From Candidatus Bathyarchaeota archaeon (GTDB taxonomy: Archaea; Thermoproteota; Bathyarchaeia; Bathyarchaeales; Bathycorpusculaceae), in contig CAVTBV010000012.1 of the NCBI GenBank assembly GCA_963733095.1, positions 446,279-510,278 of the forward strand: DNA of 64,000 bases. The letters run 5' to 3'. Position numbers and translations under genes: made by a program. The notes beneath the pieces are model-generated. The model was not told the DNA's origin, made no database searches, and saw nothing but the letters and a program-made list of their open reading frames with translations. Every line of letters begins with the position of its first letter. Within the stretch, counting starts at the first letter, position 1. Shown piece after piece: positions 8,899 through 19,430 of the stretch.

Positions 8899-11247
8899 TT
8901 ACTCCTTCACTTTACGGACCATTCTTTGAAGTAAGGTTGGGTCCGGAATTATGGTTTCTTTCCAATTTTTCGCTTCCAATATCTTGGCAAACTCGTCTTT
9001 CATTGTCATGGGGACATCAGACATTGTTCTTACGAATAGGTGCAAATCGTTTGGCATAACTCCTAGGTAGCGTTTACTTAAGTCGACGTAATGACTTAGT
9101 TTTATGCTGCGTCCTTTCCACGTATCGTTGGGTCTGATGCAGAGTTTTGCGATTGCAACCATACATTCTTCCTTGGTCTCTATCGCGTTGAAGAGGTGTT
9201 CTGGTGCTGGTCCAACATTTACTTTGTCGCCTGTGCGTGCATCGTAAACTTCCCAACCTTCGGGTTTGTCTTCTCTTCCCATGAGCATACGGCGATACTT
9301 TACACCATGTGGTCCAACGAGAACTGGAACGCCTAGACTCCAAAAGCCTGATGCGATTGAAGCTGCTTTCTGTGAGTATGCGCCCCAAGCTAAGCCGACT
9401 GCGCCAAGACGATTGTGGATGTAATCTGCGATTTCTTCATAGTTGCCTCTGAGGTTACGTTTGGCAAAGATATTTGCTACTTTGATGGCTGCCCCTGCGA
9501 TGTGTGCATTTGCAACGCATGAACCGACGTTAAGGACTCCTCCTGCTTCGAATCCACCGGGGAATTCTTCGTACAATGTTTTGCCTTCGCTATTACGGTA
9601 GCTGCCTGCTGACATGGCTGAGCAGCCAGATGTTACCACTATGTATCTTCTGCTGGCGAATTCTCTGCATATATCGTAGACATCTTTGCCGCCGTGTGGA
9701 TAGTTTGCGCAACCCACCACTGCAACTATACCTGGGATTTCTCCAAGGACGATTGGGCTACCGACATTGCGTATTTCGATGTCTTGAACTGCACCTCTGC
9801 CTGCTCGGCATAGGTTTGATTCTGCCTGCATGAATTTTTCGCCGGCTTTAACGATGTAGCTGTGTATTTGTAGTTTAATTGGGCAAGCTTCTTCGCATCG
9901 TCCGCATCCAATACATTCTTCGTATAGGTCAGTTAATGGTTCCATGTTGCCTTCTGCAGCTGCTTTGAGTGCATGTGGGATTCTGAGGTCTTGTGGGCAG
10001 CTTCTTTGGCAAAGGTTGCATTGTCTGCAGGTTTTGGCGAATTGTTTAATTTCTTCGACGCTTGGTAGGGCATGTTGTTTCTTGCGCAGTGGAGCCATCT
10101 TTACTGCTGTTTTTACTGCGACTTCGCCGACTTTTTCTGGGTCAAGAATCAGTACACCAGCTACTTTACCGCTAACGAGGTCAGCGACGATTTCGTCTGC
10201 TGGGTCGTTTGTGCGGTTCTTGAAACCCATGCAGTTCTTTTCTGATGCTGCGATTACTGGAGCGCGAACTTTTTGTGCTTCGTCGTAGCAGTCTGTGCGA
10301 ACGCATTGTTCATCTAAGACTACCACATCTGCGTATCCGCCGCGTATGAATTTTAGTTGCCACGAGATTGGACCAACAATTTTTGCTCTATCGTAGTATC
10401 GTGTGTTGTCGAATGCTGTGCAGCATAAGCCTACGACTTCCATTTTGTCGTCAAGCTTGCTGTCTCTCATATAATCGATAATTCCAACTGAGGGGATAAC
10501 GTTGTGGCCAATGCACATAATAACCGGTTTTGTTGTGTCGACAGATCCGATACCCATTTTGATGAGTGGTGCTTCGGGGTCAGCTTTGGGGAAGCCTAAA
10601 GTTGAGATTTGAGCTATATCTGCGACTTCCATGCCCACTTGGTCGATTCTTCCTGCGTGGAGAGCTTTTGATTCAAAGTCTAAGTTGCTTCCTTCTTGAC
10701 CTGTGTGTGCTGCTGAAAGTAAGTGTGTGATCTGGGTTTCGCAATAGGTCAAGACTTCATCCAAGTCGCCCAAGTTTTCAGGTTTTATTCCAGTAACTAG
10801 CCTGGTTACAGGTGCTTCAACTTTGACGTTTAAACCGCCTACGTCAAGGGCGAACCTGCGACCGTATTTTTCAATTAAGTGATCAACAACATGACGGGCA
10901 TGACCTGTATGGGTTGCCGCTCCAATACTGCAAGCAATAAGTACAATACGTGATGACTGGGCAGCGATGTCTAAGCCACATGCGCCGCGTTTCCCAGCGG
11001 TCAAGTCACATTTTCCGTATGTGCAAAGACAACAAAGGTCGCAGTCGGGCATGTAGAAGGGGGGATACTTTTTGAGTAGCTTCATGTCCCAGTCGCGAAG
11101 AGCGCTGATGGAGGGCATTGGAGTTGGACCCATTGGTTCAGTCCAGTTATCGTTGACAACTTTGCCAATGGATAATTCAAGATTTTTAATAAGACCACTA
11201 TTGGTCTTCATTTCGTCTATTTTTACATGGACGTTTTTACTTGTCAA
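8899..11247 (-). CDS. cdhA: ACDS complex alpha subunit (CO dehydrogenase)
   Basis: CDLCCLCTYGKC, GHN, GLCCTA, DEQC, two ferredoxin motifs, GSCVANAH and AWGAYSQKA. Confidence 0.98.
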   Translation of the reverse strand: MTSKNVHVKIDEMKTNSGLIKNLELSIGKVVNDNWTEPMGPTPMPSISALRDWDMKLLKKYPPFYMPDCDLCCLCTYGKCDLTAGKRGACGLDIAAQSSRIVLIACSIGAATHTGHARHVVDHLIEKYGRRFALDVGGLNVKVEAPVTRLVTGIKPENLGDLDEVLTYCETQITHLLSAAHTGQEGSNLDFESKALHAGRIDQVGMEVADIAQISTLGFPKADPEAPLIKMGIGSVDTTKPVIMCIGHNVIPSVGIIDYMRDSKLDDKMEVVGLCCTAFDNTRYYDRAKIVGPISWQLKFIRGGYADVVVLDEQCVRTDCYDEAQKVRAPVIAASEKNCMGFKNRTNDPADEIVADLVSGKVAGVLILDPEKVGEVAVKTAVKMAPLRKKQHALPSVEEIKQFAKTCRQCNLCQRSCPQDLRIPHALKAAAEGNMEPLTDLYEECIGCGRCEEACPIKLQIHSYIVKAGEKFMQAESNLCRAGRGAVQDIEIRNVGSPIVLGEIPGIVAVVGCANYPHGGKDVYDICREFASRRYIVVTSGCSAMSAGSYRNSEGKTLYEEFPGGFEAGGVLNVGSCVANAHIAGAAIKVANIFAKRNLRGNYEEIADYIHNRLGAVGLAWGAYSQKAASIASGFWSLGVPVLVGPHGVKYRRMLMGREDKPEGWEVYDARTGDKVNVGPAPEHLFNAIETKEECMVAIAKLCIRPNDTWKGRSIKLSHYVDLSKRYLGVMPNDLHLFVRTMSDVPMTMKDEFAKILEAKNWKETIIPDPTLLQRMVRKVKE

Positions 11248-11382
11248 AGTGTAAACCTCTGTAAAGGTTTATGACTATGCTGCATTACAGACCTTTTAAA
11301 CCTTTCCAGATTTCTTAGGCAAAAGTCACGGTGCAGTCATAGATATGCAAGATTTCCTAAAAATTGTGTAAAAGTCTGGGGA

Positions 11383-12162
11383 TTATAAGTAACTCAAGGA
11401 TTGGAGGATCTTCTTCACTGAAAGATAGGCGTTGTTGTCCTTTGGAAGCTCCAAAAGGTTCTTTCCATCCAAAACAAACTCGTCTAACTGGTCGTCGGCG
11501 CTGATTTTGCCCAAATATTTGAATTTTAAGTCATCTTCAGCCTGCTTTCCCAGTTCGGCTGGAAATCGGTAGCCACCCACAATGTAAAAGTTTTCGAATT
11601 GCATGTCAACTTCTTTAGCAATTTTGTAAGCACGTCTGACATGGTCTTTGGATTTCTTGGAATGGTCCAATATGTCAAATACGTCATTAACATTGGAAGT
11701 TATCCGTCTGTTGAGGTTTTCCAGCCCCGCTGGGGAATCTATGAGCACATACTTGTAGGTTTTTGTCAGGGATTCTAAGGCGCCTTTTAATGCAGAGTTT
11801 GGCATACAGTAACATCCTTCAACCCATTTTGTGCCCACAGCCATAAAATCGAAACTATTGCTTTCGTAGAGCCCGTTTTCCCAGATACGGCTTTCAATGC
11901 GTTGTGTTGGGGGAACGCCGACTGTGGTACCGCCGCCTTTGATAAAGGTGCTCACTATCAGGTCGGCTATGGTCGATTTGCCAGCTTCTTTAAGGTCTAC
12001 TCCAAGCATCTCCGCCAAGTTCTGGTCTGGATCAGCATCAACCAACAGAATTGGAGACTGATTAGACTCAATGAAGGCTTTTGCCATAAGAGCAGTGAAA
12101 CTGGATTTCCCTGTTCCACCGCGACCAATCGTAACCAAAGTTTTCATGTAGACAAGCCTCAA
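11383..12162 (-). CDS. CooC/AcsF-type nickel-insertion ATPase
   Basis: GRGGTGKS, DADPDQNL and EGCYC; directly upstream of cdhA (start may be the ATG at 12147). Confidence 0.85.
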   Translation of the reverse strand: MRLVYMKTLVTIGRGGTGKSSFTALMAKAFIESNQSPILLVDADPDQNLAEMLGVDLKEAGKSTIADLIVSTFIKGGGTTVGVPPTQRIESRIWENGLYESNSFDFMAVGTKWVEGCYCMPNSALKGALESLTKTYKYVLIDSPAGLENLNRRITSNVNDVFDILDHSKKSKDHVRRAYKIAKEVDMQFENFYIVGGYRFPAELGKQAEDDLKFKYLGKISADDQLDEFVLDGKNLLELPKDNNAYLSVKKILQSLSYL

Positions 12163-12571
12163 ATTTATATTGTTTTCTTAAGCAAATCCTCGCATATATT
12201 GTCTACGGTTTCAAACATAGTCATTTGCTTGTTTTTGCTGCAGTTTCAGCCGGAGTTTTGGTTAAAACCAGAGTAAGCAGGGACAACCCGTCTCCAATAG
12301 TTTTCTCATCTTCGTTACCATATAACGTTTTAAATGTTGATTCGATTTGCGTCTTCGGATAAGCCACAATTATAGTCTCATCCGCTTTATCCTTTTGTAA
12401 AATAACAATCTATGAATATTCATAATTCTTAACCTAATGTAATCACTTGGTTTTCATCAACAGTCATTTTTCCAAACGCGACCTGCCAGCGTATTCTGCT
12501 GTCAATTGTTCCATGAAAAATCAGGAATTTAAGGTACAGATCAGAAATTCGATTTCTTGCAATTCTACTTT

Positions 12572-12955
12572 TTATTCTTCGTTCAAATGACGGCTAAAAT
12601 CATACTCGAACCTTTCCACTAGTTCTGCGAGGCTCTTAGTTATCTCTTTTACTCTTTGCCTCACCTGTTCCTTGATCTGCGAAGGATCCGCAATGCTGTA
12701 AACGTGATAGTATCCCCCGCCCTTTAACGTTCGAGATTGTTTGTGTACTAGTCCTGCGCTTACAAGCTTTGCGAGGCATCGGTGGGTTGAACTTCGGTCC
12801 CTTTCCACTGCTTCGGCGATCTGGTCCAGGGTAGCATGTTCTCTTTTGGCAACTTCGTAGAATACGGCGAGGTCTACTGATTTCAAGTTATAGAGACAGC
12901 CGAGTAAGTCTGTGCAGGTGGCGCCTTTTCTTGTCAGGAGGTGGATGCTATCCAT
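12572..12955 (-). CDS. winged-helix transcriptional regulator (TrmB-like/COG3355)
   Basis: CTDLLGCLYNL, LDQIAEAVERDRSSTHRCLAKLVSAGLV and GGGYYHVY. Confidence 0.8.
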   Translation of the reverse strand: MDSIHLLTRKGATCTDLLGCLYNLKSVDLAVFYEVAKREHATLDQIAEAVERDRSSTHRCLAKLVSAGLVHKQSRTLKGGGYYHVYSIADPSQIKEQVRQRVKEITKSLAELVERFEYDFSRHLNEE

Positions 12956-13095
12956 GATGGATCTACTGGTTTAGTTGGTTTTCTGAGATATAAGTATTGC
13001 ACGGTGTTGAGTATTGCATGATTTTGACAAAACACCACAAAACATATAACATGTAAGGACACATATAAATCCATAAGCAAAAGGATGTGTAATGT

Positions 13096-13560
13096 ATGTC
13101 TTGGCTAAAAGCAATGAGAGAAAAAGAGCCATCTGAACCCACAAATCCCCTCGGAACCATTATCATAGGCAACCTCCGCCCTGACATGATGGACACGCCC
13201 AAGGAAATGGTCAGAAAATCGCTCAAACTCGCGCAGTTTAAAACAATAGACCTCGGAAGAGATGTCCCTCCAGCAAACTTTTCCGCGAAAGCTAAAGAAG
13301 CAAACGCTGACATCATTGCAGTCTCAGTAAACCTTACCCCTGCCAAAGAAAACTTGGCCACGTTAATGTCCGCAATTGAAGCAGAGGGATTGAAAGGCAG
13401 AATCACAGTTATGATCGGCGGCGCAGCAGTAAAGAAGGAGGATGCCGATAAAATCGGGGTGATGTTTGGTAAGACGAGAGAAGAAGCAGTGGGGCTTGCC
13501 AAAAGAATTATGGCAGAAAAACAAGCTGGAAAAACAGTCGTAAATGCAATTCAGACCTAA
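13096..13560 (+). CDS. stand-alone cobalamin-binding domain protein with atypical DxHxxG motif
   Basis: IDLGRDVP, ADIIAVS and VMIGGAAV are typical of B12 Rossmann domains; the His motif reads DMMDTPK. Confidence 0.75.
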   Translation: MSWLKAMREKEPSEPTNPLGTIIIGNLRPDMMDTPKEMVRKSLKLAQFKTIDLGRDVPPANFSAKAKEANADIIAVSVNLTPAKENLATLMSAIEAEGLKGRITVMIGGAAVKKEDADKIGVMFGKTREEAVGLAKRIMAEKQAGKTVVNAIQT

Positions 13561-13647
13561 ATTCAAATTAAAAACGACATTTAAACACCGCCCCATTTTG
13601 GGGGTTTAGCCATATTTTTTTGAAGCCTGCAGAAAGCGAGGCAAAAA

Positions 13648-14274
13648 ATGGTGAAAATAAACAGTGTTCAACCAGTTAACACTCAGGTTCCATACTACAA
13701 GCAGCATTATGATCTCACTTGTGGTCCCGCTTCATTGATGATGGCGATGAAATATTTTGATAAACACCTACCTCTTACAAAGTGTTTAGAAATTGACATA
13801 TGGAGGGAGGGAAACATGGTAGAAGTGTACGGGACAAGTAGGTTCGGTTTGGCTTATTCGGCTGCTATTCGCGGCTTCCATGTAAGAGTTACGAGTCGCA
13901 CTGGTAGAATCGATTTTGTTGACAGGCTTATTCCGCCTCTTAAAGACCTCAATACATACATGCTTAAACTTCATTTTTACGAGAGGCGAGAGCGATGCAG
14001 AAAACTTGTTGAAGAAAGAAAGGAGCCAATATCAAGTCGAACCATCTACAACACTCTTCTCTCAAACTATGTCCCACTTATAATTACAAGCATATTATTC
14101 TGCAAAGGAGAGAACCTGCCTCATTGGATTGTCGTAAATGCCATGGACAACAACTTCCTTTACTTTAACAACCCTCTGTATGTAAATCCACAAAAGAAAA
14201 AGTTCAAGCTGTCAACTTTTGAGAAGGTTATCGGTTACCGCGGTGACCAATACATGGTTGAAATTTGGAAGTAA
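13648..14274 (+). CDS. peptidase C39-like protein (DUF3335 type)
   Basis: YYKQ..TCGPASLMMAM, EIDIWRE, GTSRFGLA and PHWIVV. Confidence 0.8.
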   Translation: MVKINSVQPVNTQVPYYKQHYDLTCGPASLMMAMKYFDKHLPLTKCLEIDIWREGNMVEVYGTSRFGLAYSAAIRGFHVRVTSRTGRIDFVDRLIPPLKDLNTYMLKLHFYERRERCRKLVEERKEPISSRTIYNTLLSNYVPLIITSILFCKGENLPHWIVVNAMDNNFLYFNNPLYVNPQKKKFKLSTFEKVIGYRGDQYMVEIWK

Positions 14275-14287
14275 ATCTAAATGAGCA

Positions 14288-15076
14288 TTATTGCGTTTTC
14301 TTAATTAAAAGCTCACAGATGCTATCTATAGATTTGACTGCGTTGATTTCCTTGTTTTTGAGTGGGGTTTCACCCAGCATGTCAGCATCAATTACTTTTT
14401 GGTCCCAAGGCACAAAAGCAAGTATTGCTATCCCATTTCTATCTGCAAAGTCTTGAATAGCTTGTTTTTGGGTGTCATTCATGACACGATTGCCAACCAG
14501 AAATAGCTGTTTCATTCCTGCGGCTGATGCCATGTCATGGATGTGTTTGGCGATTTCCAACGATTTAAGATTCGAGTCAGCAACAATTAAAAGTGCATCC
14601 ACTTGTCTTGCGGTGCCTCGGCCGATATGCTCTACACCTGCTTCAAGGTCTAAAACAACGGCTTCATTCCGCTCAACAACTAGGTGCCTTAGTAACGCAC
14701 GGATGACTGCATTTGGGGCGCACATGCAACCTGCCTCCATAGCCTGCACCGTACCCATAACAATCAAGTTTGGGCCTAAAGGAGTAGCCATAGAGTAATC
14801 TTTAACGATATCATCCACGGTAAAATTCAAGTTGTAAACCCCTCCATAACCAGTACTCGTTTTAGAGTCTACCAATGGCTTATTCTCAGTGATGGGCACT
14901 ATTTTGCGGGTTTCCTCAGCCGACAAGCCCAAAGTCAAGCCCAAATTTGGAGAAGAATCAGCGTCAATCGCTATAGTTTTTAAGCCTCGCTCAACAAAAC
15001 CGCTCGCTAGGCCTCCAGCAATCAAGGTCTTGCCGACGCCGCCTTTACCAGAAACAGCAACCTTCATACAAATCAC
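14288..15076 (-). CDS. cooC: CooC family nickel-insertion ATPase
   Basis: SGKGGVGKT, DADSSPNL, GCMC and DLEAGVEHIGRGT. Confidence 0.88.
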   Translation of the reverse strand: MICMKVAVSGKGGVGKTLIAGGLASGFVERGLKTIAIDADSSPNLGLTLGLSAEETRKIVPITENKPLVDSKTSTGYGGVYNLNFTVDDIVKDYSMATPLGPNLIVMGTVQAMEAGCMCAPNAVIRALLRHLVVERNEAVVLDLEAGVEHIGRGTARQVDALLIVADSNLKSLEIAKHIHDMASAAGMKQLFLVGNRVMNDTQKQAIQDFADRNGIAILAFVPWDQKVIDADMLGETPLKNKEINAVKSIDSICELLIKKTQ

Positions 15077-15280
15077 AAACTAAAAATAATTTATTTCTCT
15101 GACTAATTTATGTTTTCTCTTAAACTAATAACAAAATATCTGTTCGGGAGATATCCTCTAATTAGAGTATCTATCTCCCGCCAATTCTTTGAGTAACATG
15201 ATTCATAACCAATGTAATAATGCACGACGCACTTTACCGAACCATTAGACAATAAATATACATTGGATAGGAAAGAGCGC

Positions 15281-16345
15281 TTATTTCTCACGCAATACTT
15301 TAGGTATGTAGGCGCATCTTGGGTCTGAACCCAAAATATCTCCCGTATAGAATAGTGCTGCTGATCGACATCCCCCACAGAGGTCTTTGTATTCGCAAAC
15401 GCCGCATTTGCCCTTGATGTTGGTTTTGTCTTTGACTTGGTTGAAGAACTCGCTGCTTTGCATGTCTGCCCAAATCTGCTTGATGGGTTTGTTTTTGATG
15501 TTTCCTACTCGGTAGACGTCATTGTAGCTGCAGGGGATAGCATCGCCGTTTTCTGCGATGCTCATGAACTTGCCAAAGAAACACCTGCCCAAGAAGAAAC
15601 CATTGTACCATTTGTCAAAGTCTGGCATGCCGCGTTCTTTGGCGACTCGAGCGTAGAAGGGGATGTAGACGTTGACTGCGGGCTTGCCGTCGTATTCTTC
15701 TGCAAGGCAGTAGAGTTTGTTGCATGCCCACTCGTACTGGGCGGGGGTGAGGTCGGCTTTAAGGCAGGCCGGGTCACTACTATAAGGAATCATGCCATGG
15801 AAAACCACCCAGCGGGCACCATACTTTCTCGCCAAATCCAGCACGTGCCTCATGTCCTTCTCGTTTGCATTGGTGGTTTCGCCAGCGTTCGCAAAAGTGT
15901 AAACAAGCACGTTCAACAATTTCTCTTCGGAAAGCCGCTTTATGAGCGAAACTGACGCAGAATAAGCACCCTTTCCACGGATAGCATCGTCAGTTACCTC
16001 TGCACCATCGATGCTGACAGATATTCTAGTTTGGTTTTTAACAATTTTTTGGAAGGCCTGTTCATCTAACATGCGCCCATCGGTGATTATGCTTGTGTTC
16101 AACCCCTTTTCCGTAGCGTAATCGAGCACTTCAAAGAGGTCTTTACGCAAAAAAGGCTGCCCACCCGTAATCCCAAAGAAAGTTGCTCCGAAATCCTCCA
16201 CTTGATCAACGATTTTTTTGGCATCTTCAGTATTTACTTCTTCTGCAGCACCTTTCTTGCCCGCTGATGTGCAGTGGACGCAGTCGCTATCGCATTCAAA
16301 AGTGCATCTCCAAGGAACAATAAACACTGGACCTTTACCTTTCAA
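15281..16345 (-). CDS. radical SAM/SPASM protein (NirJ/Ahb-like)
   Basis: CDSDCVHC, ITGGQP and C-terminal KCGVCEYKDLCGGCRS..DPRC. Confidence 0.88.
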   Translation of the reverse strand: MKGKGPVFIVPWRCTFECDSDCVHCTSAGKKGAAEEVNTEDAKKIVDQVEDFGATFFGITGGQPFLRKDLFEVLDYATEKGLNTSIITDGRMLDEQAFQKIVKNQTRISVSIDGAEVTDDAIRGKGAYSASVSLIKRLSEEKLLNVLVYTFANAGETTNANEKDMRHVLDLARKYGARWVVFHGMIPYSSDPACLKADLTPAQYEWACNKLYCLAEEYDGKPAVNVYIPFYARVAKERGMPDFDKWYNGFFLGRCFFGKFMSIAENGDAIPCSYNDVYRVGNIKNKPIKQIWADMQSSEFFNQVKDKTNIKGKCGVCEYKDLCGGCRSAALFYTGDILGSDPRCAYIPKVLREK

Positions 16346-16437
16346 ACCTCAACCTTCCGTAGCTCTCAACGAGGTATCCAAACTAAATATTCTATTTAAC
16401 ACTTCACATTTCGCCACCAAATTTTTTCATCCTACCG

Positions 16438-17403
16438 TTACAACCGATAGAGGTTCCCAACACTGTTCCACACAAAGGCCTCAGGTAGGGCTTGGGATAT
16501 GGCAAGCATTGCACGCCAGCCTGTACAATGAGAAGGCACAATCAAGCGAGGACTCAGCTTAACTAGTTCGGTTAGGGTTGGCGCGATTTTATCCTCAAAA
16601 CTTTTTCCTGCCAAATGGAACCCGCCCATAACCGCATAAACCGCCTCTACACCGGTGATTTGCTTTGCGTAGTTTAGGGTGTTGATTATGCCTGCATGGG
16701 CACATCCTGAAAGCACTACCAATCCCTTGCCCTTAACGTTCAATACGATGGCGCGGTCGTCCCGAATCAGCGGGTCAGGCTGCCAAACTCCGTTGACTAA
16801 GGTTTTGTGTTGAGTTAAGCCTCTCTCGAAGGGGGTCTTTCGGGGTATCTCGCCTGTTACACAAACTTGTTCATTGGCAGCTAGAAAAGCCTGCTTAGTA
16901 AGAATTACTTGAGTTGACTTTAATTGCGTTTGAACGGGGAAGTCTGGGTACTTTCGAATTGTTCCACCTCGCGAAGCAGTTCCACGAGCCTTAAACATGT
17001 CTTCATGAAGTATCAAGGGCAATTCCATTTTTCCAATCGCTTGAACAACTGACAATAGCCCGCCGAAGTGGTCGTAGTGTCCATGGGATAAAACAACAAA
17101 TTCAACTTCACTAAGGTCTAACCCCATTATCTTTGAATTATCGATAATTACTCGGGGACTGCCGCCCGTATCAAAAAGTAGACTTTCTGATTTTCCCTTG
17201 TTAAAGACCCTGACTAGCATTGAGAAACCATGCTCGGCAATCGGCAACTCAGAATGCCCAGTTCGCGCTTTGATCCATTGCCAATACGATTGAACTTCCC
17301 TTCGACTCACCGTTGACAGGAAATCGATTGAGTTATCAACCAGACTAATTACTTCTACTTTGTCAACCTCTCGAAGCTCAAGAGCAACATCAGGTGGTTC
17401 CAT
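16438..17403 (-). CDS. MBL-fold metallo-hydrolase (COG1237 type)
   Basis: AEHGFS, FDTG, SHGHYDHFGG, GCAHAG, GGFHL and PSHCTG. Confidence 0.88.
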   Translation of the reverse strand: MEPPDVALELREVDKVEVISLVDNSIDFLSTVSRREVQSYWQWIKARTGHSELPIAEHGFSMLVRVFNKGKSESLLFDTGGSPRVIIDNSKIMGLDLSEVEFVVLSHGHYDHFGGLLSVVQAIGKMELPLILHEDMFKARGTASRGGTIRKYPDFPVQTQLKSTQVILTKQAFLAANEQVCVTGEIPRKTPFERGLTQHKTLVNGVWQPDPLIRDDRAIVLNVKGKGLVVLSGCAHAGIINTLNYAKQITGVEAVYAVMGGFHLAGKSFEDKIAPTLTELVKLSPRLIVPSHCTGWRAMLAISQALPEAFVWNSVGNLYRL

Positions 17404-17420
17404 TTTATATTCCCAACTTA

Positions 17421-17990
17421 TTAGAGAGTACCTTTATAATTTTTCTTAGTTGGACAACCAACACATTTTTGGGTTTCAAACCGATTACAGGGATCGCACT
17501 CTACTTTGCAAGGTGTTACCTTTCTCTCTTCTTGGGCAAGATTCTCTCTTATTTGAAGAAATGGTGAAAAATAGGTTTCACTTATGGGGTAGAATTCTGA
17601 GCGACGAATTCCTTTGCTACACCTTAAAGAACATTTTTCCATAGATATACTCTCAAGGGTTTCTTTTGTTTCGGCAACAACAAGCGCGATTAAGTTGTAG
17701 CCACCCATAGTCTTGAATATCTGAATCACTCGGGGGCATTCCTCGAATCGATCCAAAACAGCCTGCATCGCCTCTGCACTTTCCATTTCTAGCATCACTA
17801 TTGCTGGGTGAAGTTTGAGAACGTTTGGATTAATTAGAGCAGATATTTTTATTGTTCCGTTTTTTATGAGTCTTTCGACTCTTTTCTTGGTTCCCATGCT
17901 TGTGAATCCTGTGATCTTTGACAATTCTTCAAGGGTTGTTCTTCCGTCTGCTTGAAGTTGAGTGATTATTTTTTTGTCAACTGTGTCCAA
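17421..17990 (-). CDS. Lrp/AsnC family regulator with Cys-rich C-terminal extension
   Basis: MDTVDKKIITQLQADGR HTH, a RAM-like domain, and tail CKVECDPCNRFETQKCVGCP. Confidence 0.88.
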   Translation of the reverse strand: MDTVDKKIITQLQADGRTTLEELSKITGFTSMGTKKRVERLIKNGTIKISALINPNVLKLHPAIVMLEMESAEAMQAVLDRFEECPRVIQIFKTMGGYNLIALVVAETKETLESISMEKCSLRCSKGIRRSEFYPISETYFSPFLQIRENLAQEERKVTPCKVECDPCNRFETQKCVGCPTKKNYKGTL

Positions 17991-18001
17991 ATTAGACGCC
18001 T

Positions 18002-18047
18002 GTTTATTTTATAAACATAAACTATTAATATTGTTTAGCTATTAAAC
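18002..18047. promoter_or_regulatory. paired palindromic operator, site 1 (divergent lrp/metK promoter)
   Basis: GTTTATTTTATAAAC (18002-18016), TATTAATA (18023-18030), GTTTAGCTATTAAAC (18033-18047). Confidence 0.8.
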
Positions 18048-18091
18048 GTTTTCTAAAAGCCTCAAATAAGCGTTAACCAAACGTGATGAAA

Positions 18092-19272
18092 ATGAGCAAA
18101 ATCCAAACAAATAGGTATACATGTTTTCCTCTGAATCCGTAGGAGAGGGCCACCCAGATAAGGTTGCAGATCAAGTATCGGACAGCGTTGTTGATGCAAT
18201 TGTTACCAAGGATCCTAAAGCCATAGTGGATTGTGAAACATTGTTCATGCAGGGCAATGTCACACTCACAGGTCAAATCACAACTTCTTGTTACGTATCG
18301 ATACCAAGCGTTGTCAGAAAGACGCTGAAGGAAATAGGCTTTGATAATGCCAAGGATGGTTTGGACTGAGAAACCCGCGGTGTTCTTACATCTTTTAGAG
18401 CAGTCTCCAGACATTGCCATGGGCGTGAATGAAGGCAATGGACATGAGCAGGGTGCTGGAGATCAAGGTATGGTATTCGGTTATGCCTCGAACGAGACAG
18501 AAGAATTGATGCCCCTGCCTATCGTGCTGGCGCACAAACTTGTTGCAATACTCTCAGAATGCCGTAAAAAAGAAATATTGCCCTATTTGCGACCGATGGC
18601 AAATCTCAGGTAACGGTTGAGTATCTTAATGGAAAGCCAAGGCGGGTGGATGATGTCGTGATTGCTACTCAGCACACTCCAGAAATTGATGCAGCTAAGA
18701 TGCGCGAAGACGTCATAAACCAGGTGATAAAGAAAGTCATATCTGCCAACCTGCTGGATTCAGAGACAAAGTACATAGTTAACGGGACAGAAAGATTTGT
18801 GGTCGGTGGAACACTGGCTGACTCTGGCTTAACAGGGCGAAAAATCATCGTTGACACTTACGGTGGCGTCGGAAGGCATGGCGACGGGTGTTTCTCTGGA
18901 AAGGACCCTTTAAAAGTAGATCGAAGTGGCGCTTACAGGGCAAGGTACATCGCCAAAAACATTGTTGCTACATGCTTGGCAGATCAATGTGAGGTCCAAA
19001 TATGTTACGCGTTAGGCGTTGCTCAACCAGTCTCAGTGATGGTGAGCACGTTTGGCACGGGCAAGATTCCTGAAGAGAAAATACTTGAGTTAGTAAAGAA
19101 GCATTTTGACATGCGCCCAAAAGCAATCATAGATCATTTGAATCTTCGAAGACCGATATACAGGAAAATTGCTGTGTTTGGGCACTTTGGAATTGAAGAC
19201 ACAGACTTTACCTGGGAACGAATCGACAATGTAGAAATATTTAAAAGAAATCTGGAAACCGCCAGTTGCTAA
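18092..19272 (+). pseudogene. metK: bacterial-type S-adenosylmethionine synthetase, disrupted
   Basis: [35 protein letters not shown] and FSGKDPxKVDRS are spread over several ORFs, with a TGA at 18367 and frameshifts. Confidence 0.88.
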
Positions 19273-19352
19273 TAAAAAGGGCCATCTAAATATGCAGGTA
19301 GCCGTTGAGGTTTTATCCTCAAAGAGGGGGATAGATTCAATGACCGTATTTC

Positions 19353-19398
19353 GTTTATTTTATAAACGAAATCTATTAGTATAGTTTATTTATTATAA
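19353..19398 (+). promoter_or_regulatory. paired operator, site 2
   Basis: GTTTATTTTATAAAC, TATTAGTA, GTTTATTTATTATAA; boxes 31 bp apart. Confidence 0.75.
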
Positions 19399-19430
19399 TA
19401 TTATCGCGCATTGCATACGAGGTGGGCCTC

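Noticed and set aside
12200-12430. Coding-like minus-strand stretch (..IVILQKDKADETIIVAYPK..)
   Set aside because: Interrupted by stops, with no start and no recognisable family.
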